NCBI GenBank assembly: GCA_027317865.1
Contig: DAHVQG010000005.1
Location: 64,001 to 128,000, forward strand
From: Bdellovibrionales bacterium
Lineage (GTDB): Bacteria > Bdellovibrionota > Bdellovibrionia > Bdellovibrionales > UBA1609
Direction: 5' to 3'
DNA length: 64,000 bases
Below the pieces are notes generated by a model, which did not search any database, was not told the origin of the DNA, and saw only the letters and a program-made list of their open reading frames with translations. Positions within the stretch are counted from its first letter, which is position 1; each line of letters begins with the position of its first letter. Shown in pieces: positions 49,518-60,865 of the stretch. A program made the position numbers and the translations under genes.

Positions 49518-49951
49518 TTAGTTGGAGCTGCTCCTGGTTTTACGAGCGTACCGTTCAAAAACATATAGCGATCGTTTGTCACGTTGAGTTTATCAAGGCT
49601 CCAAACGTCGGCATTAGTGGCCGTGCCGGTCGCTGCTGAGTTGGCTTTGTGATCTAAGATCGCGTAACCGTTGATACCGATTCGGACAACTTGATTATTC
49701 ACTCCCGCATCGTCGAAGGTATACGAAAACGAGGCGCGTATAGTGTGCCGGTTTAAAGTTTTAGTCCAAAATTGATCAAAGTGGATATTTTTAGCAGTCG
49801 GCAAATGCGTCGTAATGTAATTATTGATGACTTGTTTGAGCTCGGTCTGAATCCGTTCGTGCTCCGCTTGCGAAATCACCGCGGGGGAGTGTACAACGGC
49901 CCACGTCCACCACATGACAAATACAATCAAAATCAAGCTTAAATATCGCAT
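49514..49951 (-). CDS. Hypothetical protein with an N-terminal membrane anchor
   Basis: N-terminal TM segment; ATGA-type overlap with the next gene. Confidence 0.65.
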   Translation of the reverse strand: MRYLSLILIVFVMWWTWAVVHSPAVISQAEHERIQTELKQVINNYITTHLPTAKNIHFDQFWTKTLNRHTIRASFSYTFDDAGVNNQVVRIGINGYAILDHKANSAATGTATNADVWSLDKLNVTNDRYMFLNGTLVKPGAAPTK

Positions 49952-50079
49952 CGGTCTACCTTTAAAGGAACTTCCCTGTAAGTCATTTTGACGGTGTTAA
50001 AACTGCCTGCTACGATTTTAGGCGCGAAACGAACATTCATCAAGCCCATTGAAGAGCGGCTGTCGGAGGAGCCTATAAA

Positions 50080-51663
50080 GTGAATAAAAATCACGAGGAC
50101 AACCGAAAGGTGATGATGGCGATGGTTGAAGAGCTTCGCCAAAAGATCCGCCACGCCGAAATGGGCGGCGGTGAAGAGGCGCGCAAGAGACATCTTTCTC
50201 GCGGCAAATTTTTAGTCCGTGAGCGCATTCAAAAACTTATTGATTCGGGCACCGAATTTCTTGAATTTTCGGCTTTAGCCGCTGACGGGATGTATGACGA
50301 GCAGGCGCCTGGTGCAGGGATTGTGACCGGAATTGGTGTCATTCAAGGGCATGAGTGCGTGATTGTCGCAAACGATGCGACTGTTAAGGGTGGCACCTAT
50401 TTTCCGTTGACGGTAAAAAAGCATTTACGCGCTCAAGAAATCGCGTTTGAAAACGGACTTGCTTGTTTTTATTTGGTCGACAGTGGCGGAGCGTATCTGC
50501 CTCTTCAGGCTGAGGTGTTCCCCGATCGCGACCATTTCGGCCGGATTTTTTATAATCAAGCGCGGTTATCGGCCGCAGGCATTCCCCAAATCGCAATCGT
50601 GCTCGGTTCATGTACGGCAGGTGGCGCGTACGTGCCGGCCATGAGCGATGAAAATGTGATAGTGAAAGGCAACGGAACTATTTTTTTAGGCGGCCCACCG
50701 CTTGTTAAAGCCGCAACTGGCGAAGAAGTAACAGCTGAAGAATTAGGCGGGGCAGACGTTCACACGCAAAAAAGTGGGCTCGTTGATCACTTTGCTGAAG
50801 ACGAAGTTGAAGCTTTAGAGATTGCTCGAGACATTGCCGGGCAATTGAATCGCCCTAAAAAATCGTTACCCCTCGAGCTTAAAGAAATTCGCGCGCCACT
50901 TTACCCTCCCGAAGACATTTATGCAGTGGTGCCGAGCGACCCGCGCGTGTCTTATGATGTTCGCGACGTCATAGAACGAATTGTTGATGGCAGTGAATTT
51001 CATGAATTCAAAGCCCGTTATGGTACAACCATCGTGTGCGCATTTGCGCGAATTTGGGGGTATCCGGTCGGTATAGTTGCTAACAACGGTGTGCTCTTCA
51101 GCGAATCGGCGCTAAAGGCAGCGCATTTCATTGAACTTTGCGATCAGCGCGAAGTGCCGATCGTATTTTTACAAAATATTACTGGGTTCATGGTGGGCAA
51201 AAAATATGAAAATGAGGGTATTGCCCGTCACGGTGCTAAGATGGTGATGGCGGTTTCAAATACGCGGGTGCCGAAATTTACAGTTGTAATTGGCGGTTCG
51301 TACGGGGCTGGCAACTACGGTATGTGCGGACGCGCCTATCAACCGCGTCAACTTTGGATGTGGCCCAATGCGCGTATTTCAGTAATGGGTGGTGAGCAAG
51401 CGGCTAATGTTTTGCTGACAGTAAAAATGGATCAAAACGCTGCGGCCACACGAAAAGCAATGAGCGAGAAAGAACAATCGGAATTTAAACGTCCCATTCT
51501 TGAAAAGTATGAAATTGAAAGCTCGGCGTACTATTCTACGGCTCATCTGTGGGATGACGGAATCATTGACCCGGCGGATACGCGTAAAGTTTTAGCTCGC
51601 GGCATCAGTGCCAGCTTAAATCGCCAATGGGGAGACCAAACAAAAGGTGTTTTTCGAATGTGA
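50080..51663 (+). CDS. liuB: 3-methylcrotonyl-CoA carboxylase beta subunit
   Basis: [33 protein letters not shown] and GAGNYGMCG motifs. Confidence 0.95.
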   Translation: MNKNHEDNRKVMMAMVEELRQKIRHAEMGGGEEARKRHLSRGKFLVRERIQKLIDSGTEFLEFSALAADGMYDEQAPGAGIVTGIGVIQGHECVIVANDATVKGGTYFPLTVKKHLRAQEIAFENGLACFYLVDSGGAYLPLQAEVFPDRDHFGRIFYNQARLSAAGIPQIAIVLGSCTAGGAYVPAMSDENVIVKGNGTIFLGGPPLVKAATGEEVTAEELGGADVHTQKSGLVDHFAEDEVEALEIARDIAGQLNRPKKSLPLELKEIRAPLYPPEDIYAVVPSDPRVSYDVRDVIERIVDGSEFHEFKARYGTTIVCAFARIWGYPVGIVANNGVLFSESALKAAHFIELCDQREVPIVFLQNITGFMVGKKYENEGIARHGAKMVMAVSNTRVPKFTVVIGGSYGAGNYGMCGRAYQPRQLWMWPNARISVMGGEQAANVLLTVKMDQNAAATRKAMSEKEQSEFKRPILEKYEIESSAYYSTAHLWDDGIIDPADTRKVLARGISASLNRQWGDQTKGVFRM

Positions 51664-51716
51664 GGCGCGGTCCTTATAGTGATGTACGATGACGCGACTG
51701 CGTGTGCGGAGGGTTT

Positions 51717-52493
51717 ATGGCTGAGATTATAGTAACAAGTGAAAACAATGTGATGACGATTAAACTGAATCGTCCGGAACGTCATAACGCCATGACTCCG
51801 CTGATGATTCGAGAACTCACAGATGCTTTTAGGCAGGCGGGGAATGGTCTTAAGTGTCGCGCGGTTATTTTAAAAGGCGCTGGCCCAAGTTTTTGTTCCG
51901 GCGGCGATCTCGAGTGGATGCGCTCCACAGTAAAATATAAATACGAAGAAAACATGAAAGATGCCGAAAATCTATATGAAATGTACGCGGCTGCGGCAGA
52001 CTGTCCAATACCGGTTCTGGGTTATATTGAGGGTCACGCTTACGGCGGGGGCCTGGGCCTTGCGGCGATTTGCGACGTCGCAATTGCTGAAGAAAGCTCA
52101 ATGTTCTGTTTTAGTGAAGCGCGGCTCGGGCTTGTTCCCGCGGTCATTAGTTCGTTTGTCACAAGAAAAATGCGGCCCAACAAAGTGCGTGAATTTATGC
52201 TTACTGCAAAACCGTTTGATGCGGCCGCGGCTTTAAATGCGGGACTCATTGAATACATGGGCCGCGAATTAGAAGCGACGGAATATCTTGAAACAACCAT
52301 TAAGTGTTTGTGCGATTGTGGGCCTATGGCGTTGCGAGAAACAAAGCGGTTGCTTGGCTTTTTGCGTGAACATGATAACAAATCAAACCGTGATGAATCG
52401 ATTCGAGTAATCGCCGAAAGGCGTGTTAGTACCGAGGGCCAAGAGGGCCTTACCGGTTTTTTGGAGAAGCGAAAGCCAGCATGGGTAAAATAA
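51717..52493 (+). CDS. liuC: Methylglutaconyl-CoA hydratase (crotonase family)
   Basis: LNRPERHNA, FCSGGDL, GGGLGL and SEARLG motifs; operon context. Confidence 0.88.
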   Translation: MAEIIVTSENNVMTIKLNRPERHNAMTPLMIRELTDAFRQAGNGLKCRAVILKGAGPSFCSGGDLEWMRSTVKYKYEENMKDAENLYEMYAAAADCPIPVLGYIEGHAYGGGLGLAAICDVAIAEESSMFCFSEARLGLVPAVISSFVTRKMRPNKVREFMLTAKPFDAAAALNAGLIEYMGRELEATEYLETTIKCLCDCGPMALRETKRLLGFLREHDNKSNRDESIRVIAERRVSTEGQEGLTGFLEKRKPAWVK

Positions 52494-54376
52494 GACGTTT
52501 GGCGATTGCCAACCGTGGTGAAGTGGCGGTTCGAATCATTCGTGCCTGCCAAGATATGGGCGTTGAGACCATTCTACTTCATTCGGTAGCAGACATCGAC
52601 ACACTCGCTTACCGGCTAGCGGATGAACGCATCGCAATTGGTGCGGCTCCCGCAGCCGAATCATATCTTAATATCGAGCATAATATTGACGCCGCAAAGG
52701 CCGCCGGTGCGGATGCGATTCATCCGGGCTTTGGTTTTTTATCTGAAAATGCCGATTTTGCTCAAGCGTGTGAGCGCGCACGAATTGTGTTCGTCGGACC
52801 TTCGCCTGAAGCCATCCGGCTTTTTGGCGACAAAATTTCGGCCAAACGCCTTGTTGTTGAAGCGGGTGTACCTATTATTTCAGGTTACGACGGCGAAGAT
52901 CAAAGCGACGAGCGGTTGATGGCTGAAATCGAACGAATTGGGCTTCCGTGTATTGTCAAAGCGGCCGGTGGGGGTGGCGGGCGTGGCCTTCGCGTGGTGT
53001 CGGAAATGGCGTCAGCAAAAGCGGCCATTGACTCCGCAAGACGTGAATCGAAGGCCGCGTTTAATTCTGAAAAACTATTTATCGAAAAATATTTAGATCA
53101 TGCCAAACATATTGAGTTTCAAATTTTTGGGGACTCGTCCGGGCGCGTTCATTGTTTATTTGACCGCGAATGTTCGGTACAGCGGCGGCACCAAAAAATT
53201 ATTGAAGAAGCCCCGGCGGCAAACCTGCCACAAGAACTTCGTAATAAAATGGCCGAAGCCGCCGTTCGTATCGGCACGCGAGCTAAATATCGAGGGGCCG
53301 GTACGGTTGAGTTTCTCGTTCAAGACGGCGATTTTTATTTTATGGAGATGAATACGCGGTTGCAAGTTGAGCATCCGGTAACCGAAGAGGTTTTAGGAAT
53401 CGATCTGGTTAAAGCGCAAATTTTAACGGCCGAAGGGTCGAGCGTATTGTGGTCTTCCGATGATTTGTCGACACGCGGACACGCGATTGAATGTCGTATC
53501 TACGCGGAAGACTCTGATCATGGGGGAATACCCTCGACCGGAAAGCTTCAATACCTCTCGTGGCCGCACGGGCCGGGTCGGCGTTTTGAATGTGGCTTTG
53601 AGAGCGGCGATGTTGTGACTTCGTTTTACGACTCGATGATCGCAAAAGTGATCGTGTGGGATGAATCACGAGCGCGCGCGCTCGCCAAAATGCGCGAGAC
53701 ACTTAAGGAGTGTGTCGTCTTTGGCGTTAAAACGAACATTCCTTATTTGAAACAGATTCTTAAACACGCGGAATTTGTTGACGGAACAATGACCACTCGA
53801 TTTATAGGCGAACATTTCAAAAATGGAATTCCGCCGAGGGAATGGCCAGACGACCTTGATCAAATTGTCAAAATCGTCGTCGGTGGAGCTTATAATCCGC
53901 TCAGCCCATGGTCACTTGACGTGCGCTCGAAAGGCTCGCGTTTTTCTGTAGGGATAGGTGCAGTAGCAAAAGCGGAGCCAACGGTCGAGTGGCGTTTTGA
54001 AACTGACGGAAGGGTTCATCGAGTTCGGTATCTACAAAGCTATGGCGACCTGTGGGTGCATTTGGACGGAGAAACTTATTTTGTTGATTTGAAGGCAAGG
54101 CAAAAAGCTTCACGACAAAAACGCAGTGATTTGCAAGGTCAAAACGCAAAAACCAATATGATAGTAGCCCCAATGCCCGGAAAAGTGACAAAGGTGAACG
54201 TTCAAAAGGGTGATCGAGTTTCCCCCGAGCAAGTTCTCGTCGTGATAGAGGCTATGAAAATGGAATACAATTTGACGGCTCACGAAGCCGGTCACGTAAT
54301 TGCGGTTGAGGCAATTGAAGGGGCGCAAGTGGAGCTCGATCAAGTGCTCGTAAAGCTTGATAATGAAAATTCGTGA
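52481..54376 (+). CDS. liuD: 3-methylcrotonyl-CoA carboxylase alpha subunit (biotin carboxylase plus biotinyl domain)
   Basis: ANRGE, HPGFGFLSEN, CSVQRRHQK, EMNTRLQVEH and EAMKM motifs. Confidence 0.93.
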   Translation: MGKIRRLAIANRGEVAVRIIRACQDMGVETILLHSVADIDTLAYRLADERIAIGAAPAAESYLNIEHNIDAAKAAGADAIHPGFGFLSENADFAQACERARIVFVGPSPEAIRLFGDKISAKRLVVEAGVPIISGYDGEDQSDERLMAEIERIGLPCIVKAAGGGGGRGLRVVSEMASAKAAIDSARRESKAAFNSEKLFIEKYLDHAKHIEFQIFGDSSGRVHCLFDRECSVQRRHQKIIEEAPAANLPQELRNKMAEAAVRIGTRAKYRGAGTVEFLVQDGDFYFMEMNTRLQVEHPVTEEVLGIDLVKAQILTAEGSSVLWSSDDLSTRGHAIECRIYAEDSDHGGIPSTGKLQYLSWPHGPGRRFECGFESGDVVTSFYDSMIAKVIVWDESRARALAKMRETLKECVVFGVKTNIPYLKQILKHAEFVDGTMTTRFIGEHFKNGIPPREWPDDLDQIVKIVVGGAYNPLSPWSLDVRSKGSRFSVGIGAVAKAEPTVEWRFETDGRVHRVRYLQSYGDLWVHLDGETYFVDLKARQKASRQKRSDLQGQNAKTNMIVAPMPGKVTKVNVQKGDRVSPEQVLVVIEAMKMEYNLTAHEAGHVIAVEAIEGAQVELDQVLVKLDNENS

Positions 54377-54388
54377 AGGATTTATTTT

Positions 54389-55315
54389 ATGAAGGATCGA
54401 ATTCAAATTGTCGAAGTCGGACCTAGAGATGGTTTGCAAAACGAAAAGCTGCCGCTCGACTTGTCGGTGCGCGTAGATCTCATACGAAAACTTGCAGAAG
54501 CGGGTTTGCGGCGAATAGAGATTGGCGCGTTTGTTTCGCCGAAATGGGTCCCGCAAATGTCCGGCAGCGTGGAGCTAGTACGCGAAATCATGAAACTAAG
54601 AGACGCCCGCACATTCAGTGAAGATACAAGGTTTACGTGTCTTGTTCCAAATGTTCGAGGGATGGAAGACGCTTTAAAATCCGGGATCACCGAAGTCGCC
54701 ATTTTTGGGGCTTGCAGTGAGACGTTTTCGAAAAAAAACATCAACTGTTCAATTGCCGAAAGTTTTATCCGGTTTCGGCAAGTGATGGAAATGGCTCGCT
54801 ACCATAAAATTCGCGTGCGAGGGTATCTGTCAACGGCGTTTGGCTGCCCCTATGAGGGCCGCGTGTCTGAAGCACGCGTTATTCGCCTTGTTCGCGCTAT
54901 GATCAAAATGGGCGTTTACGAAGTATCGGTTGGCGATACGATTGGCGTTGCAACGCCTAAACAAGTGGAGTCACTCCTTAAAAAGATAAAACGAATTGCT
55001 CCGTTATCGAAAATTGCCATGCACTTTCACGATACGCGCGGGACGTCACTGGCCAATGTTTATGCAAGCCTTCGTTTGGGGGTCAGAACTTTCGACGCGA
55101 GCGTAGGCGGTCTTGGTGGGTGCCCCTACGCCAAAGGAGCGACCGGGAATTTAGCCACCGAAGATCTTTTATACCTGTTAAAGGGCATGGGTTACAAACT
55201 CACGCCGAATATCCAGAAGATTTTGCCCATTAAAAAAATGTTAGAAGAAAAGCTGGGTCGCGAACTGCCCTCGCATGTGGGCAAAGCCGGGTCGTGGCTT
55301 GTCGAAGAGATTTAA
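54389..55315 (+). CDS. liuE: Hydroxymethylglutaryl-CoA lyase
   Basis: EVGPRDGLQNE, HFHDT and GLGGCPYA motifs. Confidence 0.95.
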   Translation: MKDRIQIVEVGPRDGLQNEKLPLDLSVRVDLIRKLAEAGLRRIEIGAFVSPKWVPQMSGSVELVREIMKLRDARTFSEDTRFTCLVPNVRGMEDALKSGITEVAIFGACSETFSKKNINCSIAESFIRFRQVMEMARYHKIRVRGYLSTAFGCPYEGRVSEARVIRLVRAMIKMGVYEVSVGDTIGVATPKQVESLLKKIKRIAPLSKIAMHFHDTRGTSLANVYASLRLGVRTFDASVGGLGGCPYAKGATGNLATEDLLYLLKGMGYKLTPNIQKILPIKKMLEEKLGRELPSHVGKAGSWLVEEI

Positions 55316-55317
55316 CC

Positions 55318-55333
55318 TGGCGAGCATTTTGCT
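55318..55333 (+). promoter_or_regulatory. Putative sigma-54 promoter
   Basis: TGGCGAGCATTTTGCT = GG-N10-GC, immediately before the next ORF. Confidence 0.55.
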
Positions 55334-55348
55334 TAGTCAAAAGACTTG

Positions 55349-56791
55349 ATGGGTCGATTTCTTGCTCTTTTGTCTTCTATTATAAGCCTGTTTACTTTGA
55401 GCTGGATTTTGGGTCGCTGGCTGCAGCCACAGCAGTGTATTAATTCCAGCTTGGTGAGTAAAGTTGTCTTAAGTTCTGGCGCCCCAGCGGTACAACAGTG
55501 CTCGGCCGAGACGCGGCTCTTTGGCGCAAAAGTAAGTCCAGATGTCGTTCGCTCAAACCTTTTGGAGAGGCTTAGTTCACTCCAGCGGATTGTGCCGCTA
55601 TTAAGCAGTGTCTTCCCGACAACTATTCATATTCAAGAGCGGATCAAGCACCAGCTTCTTATTACGCCAGGGCGAATTGACATCAGCTCCGATGTTCTTA
55701 TGAAACCAAAAATTTTGGAACGGGCCGTACTATTTGCGCAATTTCCAACCGATTCTGATTTTTCGGCAGCGGTAAAAAGCGAATTTCTCTTAGACGAAAA
55801 CCTCTGGGGAGTGAATGATCATTCGAATGGCTCAAGTGACTCGTGGATTGCAAATCTGAAAGGGCTTGGAAATTATTGTCGTTCCCGTCACGTGATTGTG
55901 GCGCATCAGACCTATTGTGACATTCATAACGAATACGGCGATAGCTTCATTGTGGATCAAAAACTCGGACCAACGAGTTGGGGCCTAGTGCCGGTGTTTG
56001 TGAGAAGTCTAGAAAAGGCCTACGCGGCTCTGGGGATTAGGCAGAAAGAGCGGTTTTTAAAAAATCTTATTTTTTTGGATGAACCGAGCATCAATTCGAT
56101 CGATTCGTTAAAAAACCCAAAATCGCTGGCAAGAGCGAATTCAGATTTTGTAAGTATCGTGAATAACTGGTTGATGCCGCTGATGTTAAATAAAAGCGCA
56201 AGACAAGCTGCGCTGCGAGCGGTGTCGATACCAAAGCGCGATCCGATTCGATATATGGTCATTGATCGCTCTTCGCGGGACGTGTTCCCGATCGAAAAAA
56301 TTGAAATGGGCGAATGGCCGAGCCCGCATATTCTAACGTTCGTTGAATATGGGATCAGGCAATACGTGCTATCAAGCGATGTCACTCACGAGTTTAACCG
56401 CGCGAAATTATTTAAGCGGCATCAGGTCAACCGAGTGATTTACGTTTCGTGCCGAATTCCATCTGTTAATAATCTTGTACAATTCGGCGGTGGAGTGAAA
56501 CGCGTTTTATTTGTTCGCGAATGTTCGCCTCGGGATGTGAACTGGCCGCAAGCGTTAACATTAGGGTTGCGCCGGTATTTGAGCTTGCATCCAGGCGAAG
56601 AATTTATGGAGTTTAATTTGTCGTCGCTTAGGCTCGCTCGACACTTAGAAGGCCCGCTTGAGAATCCGGACCGGCTTTCAAGTTGGGGGCGATGGCTCAA
56701 ATGGCAAAGCGTCGTAACAGACGAAACGGAGCCGACGGCGCTTCGCCCTCTTGCCGTGATTGACGGCGTACGTCGGTTTCGGATGTACTAA
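55349..56791 (+). CDS. Membrane-anchored, Cys-containing hypothetical protein
   Basis: N-terminal hydrophobic segment; 480 aa; paired Cys. Confidence 0.65.
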   Translation: MGRFLALLSSIISLFTLSWILGRWLQPQQCINSSLVSKVVLSSGAPAVQQCSAETRLFGAKVSPDVVRSNLLERLSSLQRIVPLLSSVFPTTIHIQERIKHQLLITPGRIDISSDVLMKPKILERAVLFAQFPTDSDFSAAVKSEFLLDENLWGVNDHSNGSSDSWIANLKGLGNYCRSRHVIVAHQTYCDIHNEYGDSFIVDQKLGPTSWGLVPVFVRSLEKAYAALGIRQKERFLKNLIFLDEPSINSIDSLKNPKSLARANSDFVSIVNNWLMPLMLNKSARQAALRAVSIPKRDPIRYMVIDRSSRDVFPIEKIEMGEWPSPHILTFVEYGIRQYVLSSDVTHEFNRAKLFKRHQVNRVIYVSCRIPSVNNLVQFGGGVKRVLFVRECSPRDVNWPQALTLGLRRYLSLHPGEEFMEFNLSSLRLARHLEGPLENPDRLSSWGRWLKWQSVVTDETEPTALRPLAVIDGVRRFRMY

Positions 56792-57147
56792 ATCCCATGC
56801 TTCACGTTTAGCGGTTCATTTTTCGTATTTACGTAAACCAATCGCGGGTTATGGGCCGCAGCCTCTTCAGAAGAATAATCGGCGTAGGCACAAATGATCA
56901 CGGTGTCACCTTTTTGAACTTTTCTGGCAGCAGCGCCGTTTAAACAAATACCACCTGGCGCCCCGTAAATGACGTAAGTTGAAAACCGTTCGCCGTTATT
57001 GCAGTTATATATATCAACCTGCTCGAACGGCAAGAGACCGGCCAAATCGCAAAGTTTCGGGTCGATAGAAATAGACCCCTCATAATTGAGATCGGCATCA
57101 GTGACGGTTGCGCGATGAATTTTACATTTTAACATTTTGTTGATCAT
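56788..57147 (-). CDS. panD: Aspartate 1-decarboxylase
   Basis: [12 protein letters not shown] cleavage site, TYVI and NGAAAR motifs. Confidence 0.96.
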   Translation of the reverse strand: MINKMLKCKIHRATVTDADLNYEGSISIDPKLCDLAGLLPFEQVDIYNCNNGERFSTYVIYGAPGGICLNGAAARKVQKGDTVIICAYADYSSEEAAAHNPRLVYVNTKNEPLNVKHGI

Positions 57148-57964
57148 GAGTTTCTCCTGCTTGTTTTTTTACCGTCCGCTTTGTTGGCAATAGGTTAAGC
57201 TGAAGCGCCAAGTGGATTCCCTGAAGTACAAGATCGGGAATTTCAACGTCAAACACTTGAGCAGTATCAAAAACGCTTGCAAACCCTCCCGTACCGATGA
57301 CGCGAACGGCAGCTTGATCGCCAAAAGCCTCACGGCGCAAGCGCGTAGTTATTTCGCGAATTGCACCGATAGCTCCAAAATAAAGTCCGGACTGAATTCC
57401 TTCGACCGTTGAGCGCCCCAGCGCTTCAGCGGGTTTTAAGATTTCAACGGCCGGCAGTTTTGAAGTATTCGACACAAGGGCCCGCATCGAAATACGAATA
57501 CCGGGCATAATGGCGCCACCCAAAAATTCGCGTTTGGCATTAATCGTACAAAAAGTCGTAGCCGTGCCCATGTCAATGATAATCAAATTTTCATTCGGGA
57601 ACAGTTGAACTGCGGCGACGGCGTTAGCGATACGATCAGAGCCAAGTTCAAGTGGGTTGCGATACCTGATATTTAGCCCGGTTTTTACGCCCGCCTGTAA
57701 AATAAATGGTTCTTGTTTATTAAAATACTTGCGGCAAGCATTTCGCAATGAATGTAGAAGCTCGGGCACAACAGTGCATACGCCGATTCGGGCTATTTGA
57801 TCGGGGTCGATATCATTTTCGCGAAGAACGGAACGCAAAAATACACCGATTTCATCTGAGCTGCTGGCGGATTTAGACGAACGACGGAATTGAAAAAGAA
57901 GTTCATTCTTGTCAAAAACGCCGCCATAAATTTGGCTGTTGCCGATATCGAGACACAAAATCAT
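57122..57964 (-). CDS. coaX: Type III pantothenate kinase
   Basis: DIGNS, GSDR, DMGTATT, GGAIMPG and TGG motifs. Confidence 0.95.
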   Translation of the reverse strand: MILCLDIGNSQIYGGVFDKNELLFQFRRSSKSASSSDEIGVFLRSVLRENDIDPDQIARIGVCTVVPELLHSLRNACRKYFNKQEPFILQAGVKTGLNIRYRNPLELGSDRIANAVAAVQLFPNENLIIIDMGTATTFCTINAKREFLGGAIMPGIRISMRALVSNTSKLPAVEILKPAEALGRSTVEGIQSGLYFGAIGAIREITTRLRREAFGDQAAVRVIGTGGFASVFDTAQVFDVEIPDLVLQGIHLALQLNLLPTKRTVKKQAGETHDQQNVKM

Positions 57965-59205
57965 GTTTGCACCTCATTTTGTCGGCGGGGCGAATCGCCT
58001 TCGATAAGCGACATGAGAATTTTAGCCAAATCAAAAGTACCTTTTACCGCAAGCGGCGGCTGGCCTTTTGAATAAATCGTAAACTCGCGGCGATGGCTTG
58101 CTTGTTCAGAGTCGCTGAGATCATTATGGACCACAAAATCCACTCCCGGAGAATTGAGGAGCTTAAGAGAAGCTTGTTCCCGGTCTTGATGATTTGCCGA
58201 TTTAGTAAGCTTAAAGGCAATCACTTTGAGCTTTAAATCGCGCGCGTATTCTTTAAGAAGGTTCACGATTTTAGGGTTACGTTTGAGCTGTAAAACCATT
58301 CGGTTATCAGATGACAGTTTAACTTCGGCGGAAGGCGAAAACGTTTTTTCGCCGACCCCGATGGCTTCGACTGAGAAGTCGCTGACCGCGGCGACGTGAA
58401 TAACCGCTTGATGGGGGCGCGCACGAAGTCGCTCGCGGAGGCTTTCATTTAAGTCGGCATGCGTCTCAAATTGTGAAACTATCGGTGCATTGACTGGAGT
58501 GACGGAACTACGAGCCGCAATGGCCGCCACGTCAAAACCGCTTTCATAAAACAAGTCGGCAAGCTCGGCGCCAGTTTGCCCGGTGCTAGTATTAGTGATG
58601 GCGCGAACACCGTCAATTACCTCACGCGTCCCGCCGAAGGTTATGAGTACTGAAATGTTCTTCGCAACGCGAAGGGCGTTCGTTATATGTCGTTCGATTT
58701 TTTCTGGCTCGGCCATACGGCCGACGCCAATTTCGCCACAGGCGAGTAAACCTTCATCCGGTTCGATGAGTGTAGCGCCGTACGATTTGAGAAGACGCAC
58801 ATTTTCTTGCGTAGCCGGATGGGACCACATTTGAACATTCATCGCCGGGGCGATCAAAAAAGGTTTATTACGTTCGAAGGCAAGTGCCGTGGCGCTGAGT
58901 AAATCGTTTGCTTCGCCTCGCGCAAGTGACGTTAAATGCTGTGCTGAAAGCGGTGCAATGACGAAAATATCTGCCCACCGTGCAAGACGAATATGATCCA
59001 TCATATTGCCGCGTTCAAAGAGGCTTGCGTTGACGGGCCGACCGGTAAGACCCTCAATTGTCGCTTCACCTAGAAATTTCAGTGCGCTCTGCGTGGCAAT
59101 AACCTCCACTTCGTTTCCGTGCTTTATGAGTCGAGAAATAAGTTCGGCGCTTTTGTAAGCAGCAATTGAGCCGGTAATGCCGATAAGTATTTTATTTGGT
59201 TTCAC
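57961..59205 (-). CDS. coaBC: Bifunctional CoaC-CoaB
   Basis: GITGSIAAYK, HI.LARWAD, PAMN, LACG, VR.ITN.STG and AAVSDF motifs. Confidence 0.93.
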   Translation of the reverse strand: MKPNKILIGITGSIAAYKSAELISRLIKHGNEVEVIATQSALKFLGEATIEGLTGRPVNASLFERGNMMDHIRLARWADIFVIAPLSAQHLTSLARGEANDLLSATALAFERNKPFLIAPAMNVQMWSHPATQENVRLLKSYGATLIEPDEGLLACGEIGVGRMAEPEKIERHITNALRVAKNISVLITFGGTREVIDGVRAITNTSTGQTGAELADLFYESGFDVAAIAARSSVTPVNAPIVSQFETHADLNESLRERLRARPHQAVIHVAAVSDFSVEAIGVGEKTFSPSAEVKLSSDNRMVLQLKRNPKIVNLLKEYARDLKLKVIAFKLTKSANHQDREQASLKLLNSPGVDFVVHNDLSDSEQASHRREFTIYSKGQPPLAVKGTFDLAKILMSLIEGDSPRRQNEVQT

Positions 59206-60041
59206 GGTGTGGCTCCTAGCGTTGTTGTAGCTGCGCCTTGTTCGAAGTTATTTGTGGGGCTCACGTGAATTGAAACATTATCAATAAGACGCACGCCTTC
59301 AAACCAGACGGCGGCCAATCTTCTCCCCCAGTGTTCTTCAACGTATTCCACCTGAAAACCAAGCCGCGATAGCTCACGCAGGGCAATTGCGGAACTATCC
59401 GCCGTTTTGAGAGTTTCAAAAAGTTTAGACGCGTAAACGCGACCAATTGCGGATAAACGTTCGTTTCGCGAGCTCATGGCAAGGCCCGAACTTTCGCGGA
59501 CAATGGGGCAGGCGACAATTTCAGTTTCAATAAAAAAAGTGCTAGCCATACGCTTAATGAGCCGCATTTGTTGAAAATCCTTTTCGCCCATATAGCATCG
59601 ATTCGCGCGTACAAGATTGAGAAGTTTCATGACAACGGTTAACACGCCATCGAAATGACCGGGGCGAAAAGCTCCGCAAAGAATTTTGCTTTCTTCGCAC
59701 TCGCTGAGCCGAAAGCGATATTGATCTTCGTACATTTCGCTCTCGCTCGGGAGGAGCAAATAATCTACGTTATGGCCGTGCAAAAATTCGATATCGCGCG
59801 CGATGTCGCGCGGGTATTTAATTAAATCTTCGGCATTATTAAACTGTGTGGGGTTAACGAATATACTCGCTACGACGACGTTGTTTTCGCGTCGCGCCTG
59901 TTCAACAAGCGACAAATGACCGTTGTGAAGCGCGCCCATGGTCGGTATAAATCCGATCGTATTTTGTTTTGTGCGGGTACCCGAAATATCGAACTCGCGC
60001 CGCTCGCATTGCCAATCTTTGAGGCTTTCAAGTATTTTCAT
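59202..60041 (-). CDS. panC: Pantoate-beta-alanine ligase
   Basis: PTMGALHNGH, FVNPTQF, RPGHFDGV, GEKD and MSSRN motifs. Start at 60041 gives an ATGA overlap with panB. Confidence 0.95.
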   Translation of the reverse strand: MKILESLKDWQCERREFDISGTRTKQNTIGFIPTMGALHNGHLSLVEQARRENNVVVASIFVNPTQFNNAEDLIKYPRDIARDIEFLHGHNVDYLLLPSESEMYEDQYRFRLSECEESKILCGAFRPGHFDGVLTVVMKLLNLVRANRCYMGEKDFQQMRLIKRMASTFFIETEIVACPIVRESSGLAMSSRNERLSAIGRVYASKLFETLKTADSSAIALRELSRLGFQVEYVEEHWGRRLAAVWFEGVRLIDNVSIHVSPTNNFEQGAATTTLGATP

Positions 60042-60865
60042 TCGTAGCTCTCTTTCAGCGAAGGGAATGCTCCCGAAGATACATCGCGAGCATAGGAGTT
60101 GAGAGCTTGGGTAAATATTTCGGCGCCAGCGCAATAGCTTCGAACGAACCGCGGGCGAAACTCCGTGTTGAGGCCCAAAAGATCTTGCCAGACTAGAACT
60201 TGTCCGTCGGTGTCGGGGCCGGCGCCAATGCCAATTGTGGGAATGCTTAAGTTTTGCGTGATTTGTCTCGCTAAGGCGCTCGGGACGCATTCGAGGACGA
60301 TCGAAAACGCACCAGCCTCTTCAAGGGAGCGTGCGGCAGCGAGCAAGCGTTCGGCGTCACTTACTTCCCGCCCCTGTACGCGAAAGCCGCCGAGTTGATG
60401 AACGGATTGGGGAGTGAGCCCGATGTGACCCATCACAGGCACGCCAGACTCAACTAGATGACGGACAAAATCTTCGTTACCGACTGCACCCTCAAGCTTT
60501 ACAGCGTGAGCGCCCGTTCGCATGAGCCGCTCAGCAGCCTCAACGTTTGCGCGTAGATCCTTTCGGTATGAAAGAAAAGGTAGATCAGCAACAACAAACT
60601 TTTTGGTTTTTTGAGCGTCGTTTAGACTCGACGCGGATTGCGCTTGCACGGCGCGCGCGACCGAAGCCGAATGAAGCTCCATCATTTCGATAGTGGCCGG
60701 CAACGTAGATGCAAAACCGTGCATGGTCATGGCGGCGCTGTCACCAACCAAAAGAACGTCAATATCGGTTCTGGCGGCGATACAAGCACTTGTGTAATCG
60801 TAGACAGTAACCATTGAAATTTTTTGCCCCGATTTTTTGCGTTTTTTAAAATCAAGTACGTTCAT
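60038..60865 (-). CDS. panB: 3-methyl-2-oxobutanoate hydroxymethyltransferase
   Basis: LVGDS, VKLEG, GHIGLTPQS, IGIGAG and DGQVLV motifs. Confidence 0.96.
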   Translation of the reverse strand: MNVLDFKKRKKSGQKISMVTVYDYTSACIAARTDIDVLLVGDSAAMTMHGFASTLPATIEMMELHSASVARAVQAQSASSLNDAQKTKKFVVADLPFLSYRKDLRANVEAAERLMRTGAHAVKLEGAVGNEDFVRHLVESGVPVMGHIGLTPQSVHQLGGFRVQGREVSDAERLLAAARSLEEAGAFSIVLECVPSALARQITQNLSIPTIGIGAGPDTDGQVLVWQDLLGLNTEFRPRFVRSYCAGAEIFTQALNSYARDVSSGAFPSLKESYE

